64,000 nt of DNA from an uncultured Candidatus Saccharibacteria bacterium (GTDB taxonomy: Bacteria; Patescibacteriota; WWE3; 2-01-FULL-39-13): assembly GCA_964370865.1 (NCBI GenBank), contig CAYJKF010000002.1, forward strand, positions 20,719 to 84,718, written 5' to 3'. The notes under the pieces were generated by a model, which was given only the letters and a program-made list of their open reading frames with translations, searched no databases and had not been told where the DNA came from. The stretch's first letter is position 1. Every line of letters starts with the position of its first letter. Shown piece after piece: positions 38,259 through 48,471 of the stretch. A program made the position numbers and the translations under genes.

Positions 38259-39555
38259 GACCCAATTGGAACAGTGCCCGTTTAGCCGAGAATACCAATT
38301 CACTGTTTTGAATACTCCATAACCAATAGCGGTCTTTTCCATCGTATATTGTATGCCAAACACCATCGAAGAAGACTAGTCCAGATAGATGGTAAAGAAT
38401 GGAATATCCAGTAGCTATATAGAAAGCATACCTAATACTTTTCTTACCGAAGAGTTCAGAATTAACAAAAGGAATTAAAGCAAAGACCATATATGGTAGT
38501 ACGTCGCTTGCCATTCTTGTTCCCCACGAATATCCTCCAAACCAGTTATACCACTTACCAAGTATTATCGTATGTAAGATTATAATTATTGAAACTGTTG
38601 TTAGTAATTTATCGGTTTTGAAGTTTTTAGATACTTTATAGAACGTATAAAACACAAATATTAGAACTGGTGAGGTAAATAGGATTCCCTTACTTGGTGA
38701 GAACCATATTCCTAGAAATCCTTCAACAATATTTGCGGTCCAGCGGTTGTGATCACCGTAGCCAGTATTAAATATACTTCCAAATAAATAAGTATCTAAG
38801 GATATTTCCCAGATCAGGGGAACGGCTGCGGCAAATGCATAAATTAATGTTTTCTTTATACTTTTAGTCGTGAAAATTATATAAAATCCAAAAAATACTA
38901 GCGATAAAAGATTTGTAGGTCTTGCAATTGTTGCTAGTCCAAATAAAAATCCCGCAGGGCCAAATAAATTCGATACTATCATTAATAGTCCGGAAGCATT
39001 TAATAATTGGCTTGATGAATGTTGCCAGAGTCCTTGCGCGCTTGTACTAAGTGAATTGGTCCCTAATGCATATATTATGAGCAGTAATATCGCCTTTTTA
39101 TTGTCTTTTATGCCCTTTTTAATCACAAACCACATAACTGCCACGGATAGAGCTGTTAAGTACGCTCCGCCTAATCTGCTCATTATTCCAAGGGCCTCAA
39201 TTGACTGATCATAATTGGATGTTAATGCTGGTAATACATATAGCGGTAGGATTAAGATAGAAGTCATGGTTGGAAAAAATGAATAGAACTTACTCCCAAC
39301 TTGTTTTAAATAGTAAGGTGTTAGAAAAAAATTATCAGGATGTGGATAATTGATTACCAAGGTTTCGTAGTATTCATTTAAATCAAAATCCTGTTGCTTG
39401 ATTAAGGAAAAGGGAAGTGTGGTCGTCGAAATAAAATCCTCACTTTGAAATGTTTGTTTGTTTAATCCTGTTTTATATACAAGTAAAAATAGTGAGAAGT
39501 ATAAGACAAAAAATCCGAGAAAAATGTAGACGAATTGTCTTATTTCATTTTGCAT
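38218..39555 (-). CDS. Putative GT-C membrane glycosyltransferase
   Basis: QSED loop after TM1, QGLWQH, ARP, SPSKG, WFGGYSWGTR; multi-TM. Confidence 0.65.
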   Translation of the reverse strand: MQNEIRQFVYIFLGFFVLYFSLFLLVYKTGLNKQTFQSEDFISTTTLPFSLIKQQDFDLNEYYETLVINYPHPDNFFLTPYYLKQVGSKFYSFFPTMTSILILPLYVLPALTSNYDQSIEALGIMSRLGGAYLTALSVAVMWFVIKKGIKDNKKAILLLIIYALGTNSLSTSAQGLWQHSSSQLLNASGLLMIVSNLFGPAGFLFGLATIARPTNLLSLVFFGFYIIFTTKSIKKTLIYAFAAAVPLIWEISLDTYLFGSIFNTGYGDHNRWTANIVEGFLGIWFSPSKGILFTSPVLIFVFYTFYKVSKNFKTDKLLTTVSIIIILHTIILGKWYNWFGGYSWGTRMASDVLPYMVFALIPFVNSELFGKKSIRYAFYIATGYSILYHLSGLVFFDGVWHTIYDGKDRYWLWSIQNSELVFSAKRALFQLGLIENPVPHTLQAP

Positions 39556-39610
39556 ATTGATATTATACTAGTTGCAACGAATGCTTACTATTGTGTATAC
39601 TGCGTGCATT
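39556..39610. promoter_or_regulatory. Divergent promoters: TATAAT(-) 6 nt before ATG 39555; TTGCAA-N18-TATACT(+) before ATG 39611
   Basis: attata at 39562-39567; ttgcaa 39572-39577 and tatact 39596-39601. Confidence 0.6.
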
Positions 39611-40240
39611 ATGAGTACGAATAGCAATGAGAGATTACAACCAACGTTAGATGTTAGTGGTTTGCAAAGGATGCTATTAACCCCTAGCTGGGCACGACTG
39701 CTGGGTTCATTTCTTGGATATAATAACCCAGAACGTAGAGAAGCGACTGGGAAAAGGTTTATAGGTCCTTCAACTCAACCAACTTTTACTCCTTGCACTT
39801 ATTCGACTGAACGTGGAGTTATATTTAATGGATATCGTGCAGAAGTTTGCACAAACAGAGAATATGGTATCAGCATGGGCGAGTATGTGAGACCTGTTTC
39901 TCTTGGATACGCTCAATTGGCAAGAATAAATAAATCACCTGACGAATTGTTTATTATTGATGCTATTTCTCGTTTTTCAATACCATCTCGTTTAACTATA
40001 ACTAGACCAATTAAAGGAGATTTGGTTGCAGTTAGTTATAATTCTGAGGATATCCAAAGAACATATTTTGTTGATTTAGTAACAGAGAACCTTAAGGCGG
40101 TCGTAGTGGGAAAGTATGGGACACAAGAGCAACTTAGTGATTCTCCCGAAGATCATTATGACGTGTTAGGAGAAATTTCGAGAATTTGTGAAGACGTATT
40201 CAGCTTTGAACGTCTCCCATTAGATAATCAACAGGTCTAA
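39611..40240 (+). CDS. Hypothetical soluble protein
   Basis: Open frame with its own promoter-like signals; no recognised motif; start moved to ATG 39611. Confidence 0.6.
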   Translation: MSTNSNERLQPTLDVSGLQRMLLTPSWARLLGSFLGYNNPERREATGKRFIGPSTQPTFTPCTYSTERGVIFNGYRAEVCTNREYGISMGEYVRPVSLGYAQLARINKSPDELFIIDAISRFSIPSRLTITRPIKGDLVAVSYNSEDIQRTYFVDLVTENLKAVVVGKYGTQEQLSDSPEDHYDVLGEISRICEDVFSFERLPLDNQQV

Positions 40241-42234
40241 TTGCTGAGTGATTTATCTATAGCAACTACATCTTTTTCACTTGTATAGAACTTAACTTCT
40301 CCTTCAATCTTTTTGTCTAAAATAAGTTTGTTTAAATGTTCGTCCAATGTTGAAGTTTTATTTTCATCCTTATTAATAAAGTATTCTGTGGGATTACTTA
40401 ATGAATACAAAATAATATTATTTGAATTATTTATATCAACGAAAAATGGGACATTGACAGAATCATTTAGATTAATATATTGATAGTTATTCAAATTCGT
40501 AATCGATATATTCACGTTACCTTCTTCTGAGTGTAGATGAAGAATGCTTCCTGGAATAATATTTCTTACAGGAATGGTAAATATCTTAGTGTCACCGATA
40601 GTTGTACATCCAGGGTAACGTAAAACCGTTTTCGATTCGAGTACCTCGGATTTATATCTATTAAGTTTAATTTTCTGAGGATTAGTGTTTGCGCATTCAA
40701 CCGTAAATTCGATTTGCGCTACTTCAGAACCATTATTCTGGTTTTCATCTACATATATAATTGAGGTTTGTGCCTCGGTTGCTAGATATGGTATTAGTCT
40801 TGGTTTAGATGCGATTGATTTTATTGTATCTTCAGTCTCTTCTTTCGGTATTATATAAAAATCGCTTGGTGGGTTTTCAAGAAATTTATCACTTTTTGTG
40901 TTAGTTATCTCAGCGTAACGTGGATGATAAAGTAAAAACTGATTGGCAAACACTGGATACATGTTATTTGGTTCGCGCCTTAAGGTTATAAATGGTTTTT
41001 CACCCTCAAGAATCTCAATTATTGGATAGAACACAACTTGAGCATCAAAGTCGAATATTTTATTTGTCGTTTGAGATACATTGGCCTTTTTAAATGCAAC
41101 TAGGCCGTAAGAAGTCAAAGCTATTCCAAAGAATAGTAAAAAATAAAGTATTCTCTTACTGAGAGAAACATTTTGAAAGGCTGAAATGTTTATTTTAAGA
41201 AGGATAATAACTGATAGTGTGGTGAGGGTTGCAGGTATCACAAAAGCCACTTTTAGAAATATCATTGAACTTATGGCAAGTAAAATTAAAAGTCCAAGGA
41301 GAATTTTAGAAACGTGTTTTTGTTTTATTTGTTTATTTGAGAATTTATCAAATGACATTGCAAATAGTTTCATAGCGTAGGGTACTGCTATCACGAACAC
41401 CAATCCAATAATAAGCTGAAATATTATAGCTAGAGCCAAATCAACGTCATTCTTATTGCGGAAGGCATTAAGAATAAAGCTTTTTGTATTAATCTTTGAG
41501 AGGATTGTCCATATAAATCTTGGATCAATATCTCCACGTTCACGGTAAGAAATTAGTGAAGCTAGCCTAATTAATGAAAATATTGCAAGCGCTGTTATTA
41601 CAGTCACATAGGGTCTTATATGATCAAACGTTCTTTGAGTATCGATGTAAAATTTTGTTAAGAGCAATTTACAGCAATTAATATTGAGTGCACTTTTTGT
41701 TGTTGTAAGTATTACTCCTAGTGATAAAGCTACGATTAAGAATATAACTAATGCATAACTAGTGGTCTCTTTAATTACAAGATCTACAAATGGAACTGAC
41801 CTTGGCCGATTTCCGATTGTGATTGAAGTATATGAGTTTGAAAGACCATCAAAGTAATTATTAATTTTTGATGAGTATTCATCAATTAACAGATAATCGA
41901 TTGGTATTGAGTATGTTACGCGGTTTTCTAATCCGTTCTTTACGATAACTGCATCTTGTTTATTAATTTCATCGTAGAAATTCAGGCTTTCCCTTTCTCC
42001 TTCAACTTCTACAAGTTCCTTCTCATAAAATCTGAATTCTATACGTTGGTTCGTTTTTACTTCAATATAGGAGTTATTTTCTTGATTCTCTGATAACGGT
42101 GCATCAATGACTTCAAAGCCCCAGTCTTCTACGCGTGATTCAAAATAATTTACTGGATAGGATTGAGCATTTGCACTGCGCACGCTTAGGAGCGTTAGCA
42201 AGCTAGTTATGCTAATTATTAAAAATCTTTTCAT
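40237..42234 (-). CDS. Hypothetical membrane protein: signal peptide, extracytoplasmic domain, central TM bundle, large C-terminal domain
   Basis: MKRFLII...SANAQ signal, about 6 hydrophobic segments in the middle. Confidence 0.7.
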   Translation of the reverse strand: MKRFLIISITSLLTLLSVRSANAQSYPVNYFESRVEDWGFEVIDAPLSENQENNSYIEVKTNQRIEFRFYEKELVEVEGERESLNFYDEINKQDAVIVKNGLENRVTYSIPIDYLLIDEYSSKINNYFDGLSNSYTSITIGNRPRSVPFVDLVIKETTSYALVIFLIVALSLGVILTTTKSALNINCCKLLLTKFYIDTQRTFDHIRPYVTVITALAIFSLIRLASLISYRERGDIDPRFIWTILSKINTKSFILNAFRNKNDVDLALAIIFQLIIGLVFVIAVPYAMKLFAMSFDKFSNKQIKQKHVSKILLGLLILLAISSMIFLKVAFVIPATLTTLSVIILLKINISAFQNVSLSKRILYFLLFFGIALTSYGLVAFKKANVSQTTNKIFDFDAQVVFYPIIEILEGEKPFITLRREPNNMYPVFANQFLLYHPRYAEITNTKSDKFLENPPSDFYIIPKEETEDTIKSIASKPRLIPYLATEAQTSIIYVDENQNNGSEVAQIEFTVECANTNPQKIKLNRYKSEVLESKTVLRYPGCTTIGDTKIFTIPVRNIIPGSILHLHSEEGNVNISITNLNNYQYINLNDSVNVPFFVDINNSNNIILYSLSNPTEYFINKDENKTSTLDEHLNKLILDKKIEGEVKFYTSEKDVVAIDKSLSN

Positions 42235-42640
42235 ATAATAAGTCTTTAAACACTCCCATTACTAATAGTAAATAGCATAGCACTCCAAGAAATTCAGATA
42301 TTTGATTCATCCTCGCTGTGGAGAATATTGCCGCACCAACTAAGAAAAATAAAGATAGTCCGTATATATATTTTCTATCTACTATAAAACCGTATAAAAA
42401 CGCCCAAATACAAAATAGTACAAGTAGATAGTTAATGGCAAATTTCATGATTCCGATCTCGAAAGCCATTATTGGAAGGGTTGTGGCTAGTAGAGTGGCG
42501 GTTATCCATTCATATCTTATATGAATTCTGTCCGTGAATTGTAGTAGTTCTTTCTTGAAAATGACTAGAGCTATGACAAGAAGGCTTATTAATGCTATAA
42601 ACATCAATATCATTATACTTTTGTGAGGTATCTTAATCAA
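42212..42640 (-). CDS. Small multi-pass membrane protein
   Basis: 142 aa, almost wholly hydrophobic, overlaps both neighbours. Confidence 0.7.
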   Translation of the reverse strand: MIKIPHKSIMILMFIALISLLVIALVIFKKELLQFTDRIHIRYEWITATLLATTLPIMAFEIGIMKFAINYLLVLFCIWAFLYGFIVDRKYIYGLSLFFLVGAAIFSTARMNQISEFLGVLCYLLLVMGVFKDLLYEKIFNN

Positions 42641-44321
42641 ATGAAGGAGCTGGTGTTTGACAGTCGTACATAGAAATATTTGGCTTAATGCTGTAAATAG
42701 TTGAGAAATCTTCTTCGATATCTGTTTCTTTCACTACCAAGTTTGTTCGTAATATATCTTCACGTTGCTGTGTGTATGGCTTGTTTTCTCGTCCTAATAG
42801 AAGAATATGTGTCACACCAAGATTACGAGCCTCAAGAATTCCTTCGCAAGTAGTAATTTTATCTGTAAAACTTTCTGAATCAAATTGGAATTCTGCTGAA
42901 ACATATCCACGAGGGTTTATGAATGTTCGTTTATGTTCTTTAATCCAAAATAACATTACGTTACTATCTTCAGGTGGAAATAATGCAAAAACAGCATTTT
43001 CTGTAGTATTTTCTTTAATGTATGTAAATATTTTTGGAGGTGTTGAAACATCTGTAATTTGAATTGGGACTATAAATTCGCTTACGGCAATTAGGAATAT
43101 TATTCCTACAGTAATATATGCAACAGTTTTATTTTTGATTCGTTCGAAAATTTCTTTATACCCAAATCCAGAGAATAGTATTGTTATAAGTCCAACTAAT
43201 ATTGAAAGCCTCACGATTGATCTAAACATAGGAAATACCAAATACATCAAATAGCTTGGTAAATATAAAGTGAATCCTTTAAGTGTAATGTAAGGTGGAA
43301 GCGTAATTACAAAAATTATTAAGGCAATAAAGGCTAATCGTTTTAGGATTATTCGTTTTTCTTCATCTGCTTTTTTTAGTCTAAATACGTGGTAAAACCC
43401 AAGGAAAGCCATCATGATATTTGTGATTCCGAGGAATGAAGCTGAATGTTCCCTCATAAAATAGTTCTGTGTTAACCAGTGGCCTACGTCATTTTGGAGA
43501 TAGTCGACAACATTTGTTGTTAATTTCCCGTAGAATGGATTGTCGACTGGCCATAATATGTAATACCATGGTCTTGATGAGAAGTAAAAGAAATCCTCCA
43601 GCGGACGTTTTAAGGTGTAAGGGTTTGATTCAATTGTGTTCTCATTTTTCGCTAGTTTCCAGCTGTCACCAATAACATTTACTTCTTTGCCATCTACTAG
43701 AACCGTTTTTTCTCCAATAGATTGAGCTGGGACTCCTATGGTGTTGTAGTAAATATATGGTGCTAGGAATATTCCTGTAATAATTCCACCTGTGATAAAG
43801 GCGATGAGAGTTTTGGTGAAAAGCCGTTTAAAATCGAAAAGGGTGTAGAGTCCTATAAAAATTATAAGAAAATAACCATAATAGTTTGAAAATAAAATTG
43901 TAATTGCAAGGATGATTCCTAGAATTACAGCAGATTTATAGTTTTTAAGTTTTGAAATTGTATAAGAAATGCCCCAAATTAACGGCCAAATAGCAAAGAG
44001 CGCTGGATGGTTTTGGAGTTTGAAAAGCAGAAAAGGAGAGAGATTGAATAACAAGGTGAGGCATATAGTGAGTTTCTTATCCTTGAAAAAATATTTGTAA
44101 AAGTTATATGAAAAATAAAGGTTAAGTCCGAGTGTAAATCCAATAAACAAAGGTAATGTATAAATTGGATCAATAAACCTATTTGCGAGTAGCATTGGAA
44201 GATAAGTTAAAAGTTCTTGTGTATAGAATGATAGTTTCGAGAATATGTAGACTAATGGATAGTCTTGAGTAGATAAATATAACCCAGCATTGTCTTCGAT
44301 TAAGCCAATAATAAAGTTCAT
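42633..44321 (-). CDS. Putative GT-C (YfhO-related) membrane protein
   Basis: LSPF, NYYGYF, FPMFRSIVR, C-terminal PPKIFTYI..FALFP..INPRGY extracytoplasmic tail. Confidence 0.6.
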   Translation of the reverse strand: MNFIIGLIEDNAGLYLSTQDYPLVYIFSKLSFYTQELLTYLPMLLANRFIDPIYTLPLFIGFTLGLNLYFSYNFYKYFFKDKKLTICLTLLFNLSPFLLFKLQNHPALFAIWPLIWGISYTISKLKNYKSAVILGIILAITILFSNYYGYFLIIFIGLYTLFDFKRLFTKTLIAFITGGIITGIFLAPYIYYNTIGVPAQSIGEKTVLVDGKEVNVIGDSWKLAKNENTIESNPYTLKRPLEDFFYFSSRPWYYILWPVDNPFYGKLTTNVVDYLQNDVGHWLTQNYFMREHSASFLGITNIMMAFLGFYHVFRLKKADEEKRIILKRLAFIALIIFVITLPPYITLKGFTLYLPSYLMYLVFPMFRSIVRLSILVGLITILFSGFGYKEIFERIKNKTVAYITVGIIFLIAVSEFIVPIQITDVSTPPKIFTYIKENTTENAVFALFPPEDSNVMLFWIKEHKRTFINPRGYVSAEFQFDSESFTDKITTCEGILEARNLGVTHILLLGRENKPYTQQREDILRTNLVVKETDIEEDFSTIYSIKPNISMYDCQTPAPSFD

Positions 44322-46312
44322 TTACTTGATTCTATCTTATTTTTGGTTGGGAATAGAATTAGGGCGGAAATAATTATAAAAAATACTCCTGATATTATTA
44401 GTCCAACTTTGTGATAAACATCAGGTATATATTGAATATACAGGTCACCTGGTGATTTAGACGCGTATTTTATATTAAATTCTTGCAACCCGCTTACATT
44501 AGGTTTTGAGTCAACGTTGCTTAGCCAATTCTGTCTTAAAAATGTTTCCATAAGAGAAGAATTCGTGGTTATTCTCCAATTAGGGTCATATTTCACAGGC
44601 AGATAAAAAGTTGTTTCATGGTTAGTTAAATTAATTCTATACAGATTAAAAAATTCTCGAGTAAGGTTAATATTTTTATTTGTTCCGTAGTAATTATTTC
44701 TTAAAACAAGGTAATCATCGTTATGTAAAACTGTTGTATATGCATCTGGTCTATCAAGACTTAGAGTACGAATTTTTGCAGTATCACCGACATTATCAAA
44801 TTCTTCATCATCCATTGCAATTACGTATTTTATGTCAGCTTCAGTAAGGAGTTGTATAAATTCATCTTGAGTAATTATTTCGTAATCTCGACGATCAACT
44901 GAAGGGTATTGATTTTTATATTGGATTGCTAAATCTGAGAATGACACACGCGGTTTATCGTTTTGATAATACGACCACCGTGAAAATCTAGGAACCAATA
45001 ATGTATTAAATTGATTTATGTCATTTTTTATAACAGGATTTATTTCGTTATACATTTGAGGAATATCAGTAGGTATGTGTACACCGCCAATTTTGCCAGA
45101 AATTAAAGGGGTAGCATTTATCAGAACAGAAAACAGAGTAATTCCAAGAAGAATATTAGTAACTTTACTCGATTTATTGTATGCGAAAGTGCCTAACATA
45201 CCGATAAAACCGATGACAAGTAAAGTGAAGAATTTTGAAGCCTCACGATACATTACAAAGAAGGGTAGATTATTAAAAAGCCATTTATATGTCTCGCTGT
45301 AGGGATTCCCTGATTGTTTCGTTAGAAAAACACCAATGATAAATAAAACTGCAAAGAGTCCAAAAAGTTTAGTTTTTCTGGGATTTATGTTTTTGTTACC
45401 TAGTGATATCCATAATAAATAAATTATTAAAATCGGAATAAACCAATATAGCCCAATTATTATGTTGTTTTTGAATGGGGTGAGGCCATTTAAGGTCCAA
45501 AAAGGATGAGTTATTGCTAGGGCGTAATTGATGTTTAAAAATTTATTGCCAAATAATTCTCGATTCATAAATGTTGAGTATGGATTTGAGCTTGCCATTG
45601 CAGCGGGTAATAGCCAAAAAATACTTATCAAGAGGCTTCCAATTATCGATAAGAGACCACGGTTTTTTAATGTTTCTTTCCATTTATTTGAAAAATTAAA
45701 AAATATATAAGAAGTGAAAATAATTAAATAAATTCCGAAGATTCTTATTTCAAAAAAACTTATTAACAGTGTGGTTATAAAGTTTAAAAATAGAAATAAA
45801 TTTCCTTTTAATTGTGATCGATAAAGACAATACTTGTCATAAAAATATAAAGATAATGGTATTAAATTTATCGCTGAATAAAGGGTTAAATGACCAGTAG
45901 AAAGTGTTAGGAGATATGTATTTAGGACCATAAATAATGCTGATATAATGCCTAGTAAAATGGACTTAGATTTATCTTTAACCCAAAGAAATACTCCCCA
46001 AAATGCAGCTATTAAGCCTGGAATTATAAACACTAATCGTGCGATTATGTCCGGATTAATTCCTGATTTGGCTAATGATGAAATTAAATACAGAATGGGT
46101 TTCAACCAAATTCCTGATGATCCAGTTCCTAGATTAGTTGGTTCGTAAACACCCACGTATCCAAATTCTGCGCCATTTTCTGCGCTAAAATGATACCAAT
46201 CTCCGCTAGATAATGTCTCGGAGCTCAAAGTCCATGTGCTAAATAAAAGCAATACTAAAATGAATGTAATGAATGGAATAATTTTTGCAAATATTTGTAA
46301 ATTTATTTTCAT
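44318..46312 (-). CDS. Putative GT-C (AftD/YfhO-related) membrane glycosyltransferase
   Basis: SSGDW after TM1, GH, FWLLP, LPFFVMYREASKF, large soluble domain, final C-terminal TM. Confidence 0.62.
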   Translation of the reverse strand: MKINLQIFAKIIPFITFILVLLLFSTWTLSSETLSSGDWYHFSAENGAEFGYVGVYEPTNLGTGSSGIWLKPILYLISSLAKSGINPDIIARLVFIIPGLIAAFWGVFLWVKDKSKSILLGIISALFMVLNTYLLTLSTGHLTLYSAINLIPLSLYFYDKYCLYRSQLKGNLFLFLNFITTLLISFFEIRIFGIYLIIFTSYIFFNFSNKWKETLKNRGLLSIIGSLLISIFWLLPAAMASSNPYSTFMNRELFGNKFLNINYALAITHPFWTLNGLTPFKNNIIIGLYWFIPILIIYLLWISLGNKNINPRKTKLFGLFAVLFIIGVFLTKQSGNPYSETYKWLFNNLPFFVMYREASKFFTLLVIGFIGMLGTFAYNKSSKVTNILLGITLFSVLINATPLISGKIGGVHIPTDIPQMYNEINPVIKNDINQFNTLLVPRFSRWSYYQNDKPRVSFSDLAIQYKNQYPSVDRRDYEIITQDEFIQLLTEADIKYVIAMDDEEFDNVGDTAKIRTLSLDRPDAYTTVLHNDDYLVLRNNYYGTNKNINLTREFFNLYRINLTNHETTFYLPVKYDPNWRITTNSSLMETFLRQNWLSNVDSKPNVSGLQEFNIKYASKSPGDLYIQYIPDVYHKVGLIISGVFFIIISALILFPTKNKIESSK

Positions 46313-47007
46313 TTACTTTTAAATGTAGATGTTTTCTTGGAAATGACGATAAAGTTTTCTCCGAAGGAAGGTAAGTAGGTTCCAAGGAATTCGCCTACAA
46401 TTCCTATATATTTATTAAAGAATCGGGACATTAGAATATAATTTGAGTAAGTTTTTATCACCTTAAAACCAGAACTCTCAATTTTCCTTGTTATTAGTGC
46501 TTTATTATATATTCGATAGTGGAACTCTGCATAAGCGAATCTTGGTAATTTTCCAAGTAACATTAAGAGCCTATTTCCAAACGAGACTAAATTTGGAGTT
46601 GTTATTATGAGTATTCCTCCATCTTTTAATACCCTATTAGTTTCAGAAAGAAAATAGCTGTCATCAGTTGTATGCTCTATCACTTCTCCTCCAAAGACTA
46701 TATCGAAAGTGTTATCGGCAAAGGGGAAATCTTCAATAAATGAACCTTTTGTGACTTTTATGCCTTTTTGAGTAGATTCTTCAATCGCTTTGTCCATAAA
46801 CTCTAGGCCATAACAATCAAATCCTATCTCTATCAGAGGTGCAGAAAATTCACCATCTGTGCAACCTATATCGAGTAATTTTCCCGAAGATATATTATTA
46901 TCTTTAAGGTATTTCCAAATTTTTGTATAGCGAGGATTATTTTTAATTTTCAGATAAGTATCATAACTGGCTTCCTGTTGTTTAATAATTTTATTATCCA
47001 AATTCAT
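46309..47007 (-). CDS. Class I SAM-dependent methyltransferase
   Basis: LLDIGCTDG, FPFADNTFDIV, EVIEH, LKDGG..TTPN; start moved to ATG 47007. Confidence 0.9.
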   Translation of the reverse strand: MNLDNKIIKQQEASYDTYLKIKNNPRYTKIWKYLKDNNISSGKLLDIGCTDGEFSAPLIEIGFDCYGLEFMDKAIEESTQKGIKVTKGSFIEDFPFADNTFDIVFGGEVIEHTTDDSYFLSETNRVLKDGGILIITTPNLVSFGNRLLMLLGKLPRFAYAEFHYRIYNKALITRKIESSGFKVIKTYSNYILMSRFFNKYIGIVGEFLGTYLPSFGENFIVISKKTSTFKSK

Positions 47008-47022
47008 ATATATATATATATA
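47006..47022. repeat. (AT)8A dinucleotide microsatellite running into the methyltransferase start codon
   Basis: atatatatatatatata at 47006-47022. Confidence 0.85.
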
Positions 47023-47029
47023 ACTAAAG

Positions 47030-47866
47030 TTAACTATTTCGTAATTTACGAACCTCTCTAGCAACATTATAACTGTACCTACTTGAAATTAAAGCTGTAG
47101 CCCAAAAACCTTTTTGTATCAAAAGATATGGTTTAAAAACCCCCTCCAATAGTATAGTAAGAAAGGAAAGAAAACCTGTTAAATATGGAATCCTATAAAT
47201 AAGGTCTTTCTTATTTCTTTCCTCTTGAATTTGAATAATATTAACATTATAGGTTTCCTTACCTTGCAAATCCTTAGAATGGTCTATTGCCTGTAATTTA
47301 CACCATTTAATAGTTTTACTCTTAAATGTCGAATTAGTGTAGTTATTATATAAAGGTTTGTGGTGAACAATATAAGGGACATTTTTCGATGTGCCATATA
47401 CCAATATTGGATGGTGAAATATATCAATCATGCCGATTTTTGATTTTTGAAAAAGAAAATTTTTATATGGCCACCCTTTGCTAATATATTTGGTACCGTC
47501 CCAAATTGGCCATATAAATCCATATGCGGCGACTTCTGAATCTTTTGTTAGTTCCTTTAAATGTTTCTTAAGCTCATCATCAAGGTATTCATCAGCGTCA
47601 ATTCTTAGCAGCCACGGATGTGAAGCTTGGTTAATCGCGAATATATAGTGAGATTCACCTATACCTTTATTTACATCCATTTCATATACGCGATTGGTAT
47701 ATTTTCGTGCTATGTTAAGCGTATTATCTTTACACGGGCCATCATGAATTACAATAATTTCATCTACGATTCCTTTCAAGCTACGTAGACACTGTTCTAT
47801 AAGTTTTTCCTCATGATAAGCTACGATAAATGCGGAAATGCCGTTCGAGATCACTTTTTCTTGCAT
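47030..47866 (-). CDS. GT2 glycosyltransferase (beta-1,4-glucosyltransferase-like)
   Basis: VAYHEEKLIEQCL, DEIIVIHDG..DNT, WLLRIDADE. Confidence 0.85.
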   Translation of the reverse strand: MQEKVISNGISAFIVAYHEEKLIEQCLRSLKGIVDEIIVIHDGPCKDNTLNIARKYTNRVYEMDVNKGIGESHYIFAINQASHPWLLRIDADEYLDDELKKHLKELTKDSEVAAYGFIWPIWDGTKYISKGWPYKNFLFQKSKIGMIDIFHHPILVYGTSKNVPYIVHHKPLYNNYTNSTFKSKTIKWCKLQAIDHSKDLQGKETYNVNIIQIQEERNKKDLIYRIPYLTGFLSFLTILLEGVFKPYLLIQKGFWATALISSRYSYNVAREVRKLRNS

Positions 47867-48471
47867 TTGACAATTATACCTGTTGATAAGAGGGATTTCA
47901 GGAATGGGAATAAGGATATTATTGGTCCAAATACAGAAGCACCTCCTCGTAATTCAACCATCTCAAGGTTACAATTTTTTATTAATTCCAATGCGGTATC
48001 AAATGTATAAAGATGATAATGAGTCCTATCAAGAATACCGGAATCAGTATAGTTAAAATTCCCCAAAAGAAGATTAATTCGAATTTGCCAATTTGCAACA
48101 TTCGGAAGTGAAATGATAATAAAGCCTTCATCATCTAAATAGCTAGTAAAAAATCTTAAAACTTTCTCGGGCTCCGTGAGATGTTCCAACACATCAGCAA
48201 AAAGAATTACGTCAAATTTTACTGATTTTAATGATGGCTCGGTTGGATTGTTCAGGTCCATTAGTTCAACGTGTTTATATATTTTAGAGGCCTTACTAAG
48301 AGCAGTCTCAGAATAATCAATGCCATAAAATTCATTTGTTTTATCTGATTGTTCACCGATATATCCTTCATTACATCCAATATCTAAGATCTTTTTGTTG
48401 GATCCAATCATGTCTATTATTATTTTATGTGTGGAATATTTTGATAAATTTAGTTTGTAATTATTCTGCAT
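47851..48471 (-). CDS. Class I SAM-dependent methyltransferase
   Basis: ILDIGCNEG, FADVLEHL, SLPNVA, GILDRTH. Confidence 0.9.
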   Translation of the reverse strand: MQNNYKLNLSKYSTHKIIIDMIGSNKKILDIGCNEGYIGEQSDKTNEFYGIDYSETALSKASKIYKHVELMDLNNPTEPSLKSVKFDVILFADVLEHLTEPEKVLRFFTSYLDDEGFIIISLPNVANWQIRINLLLGNFNYTDSGILDRTHYHLYTFDTALELIKNCNLEMVELRGGASVFGPIISLFPFLKSLLSTGIIVKCKKK

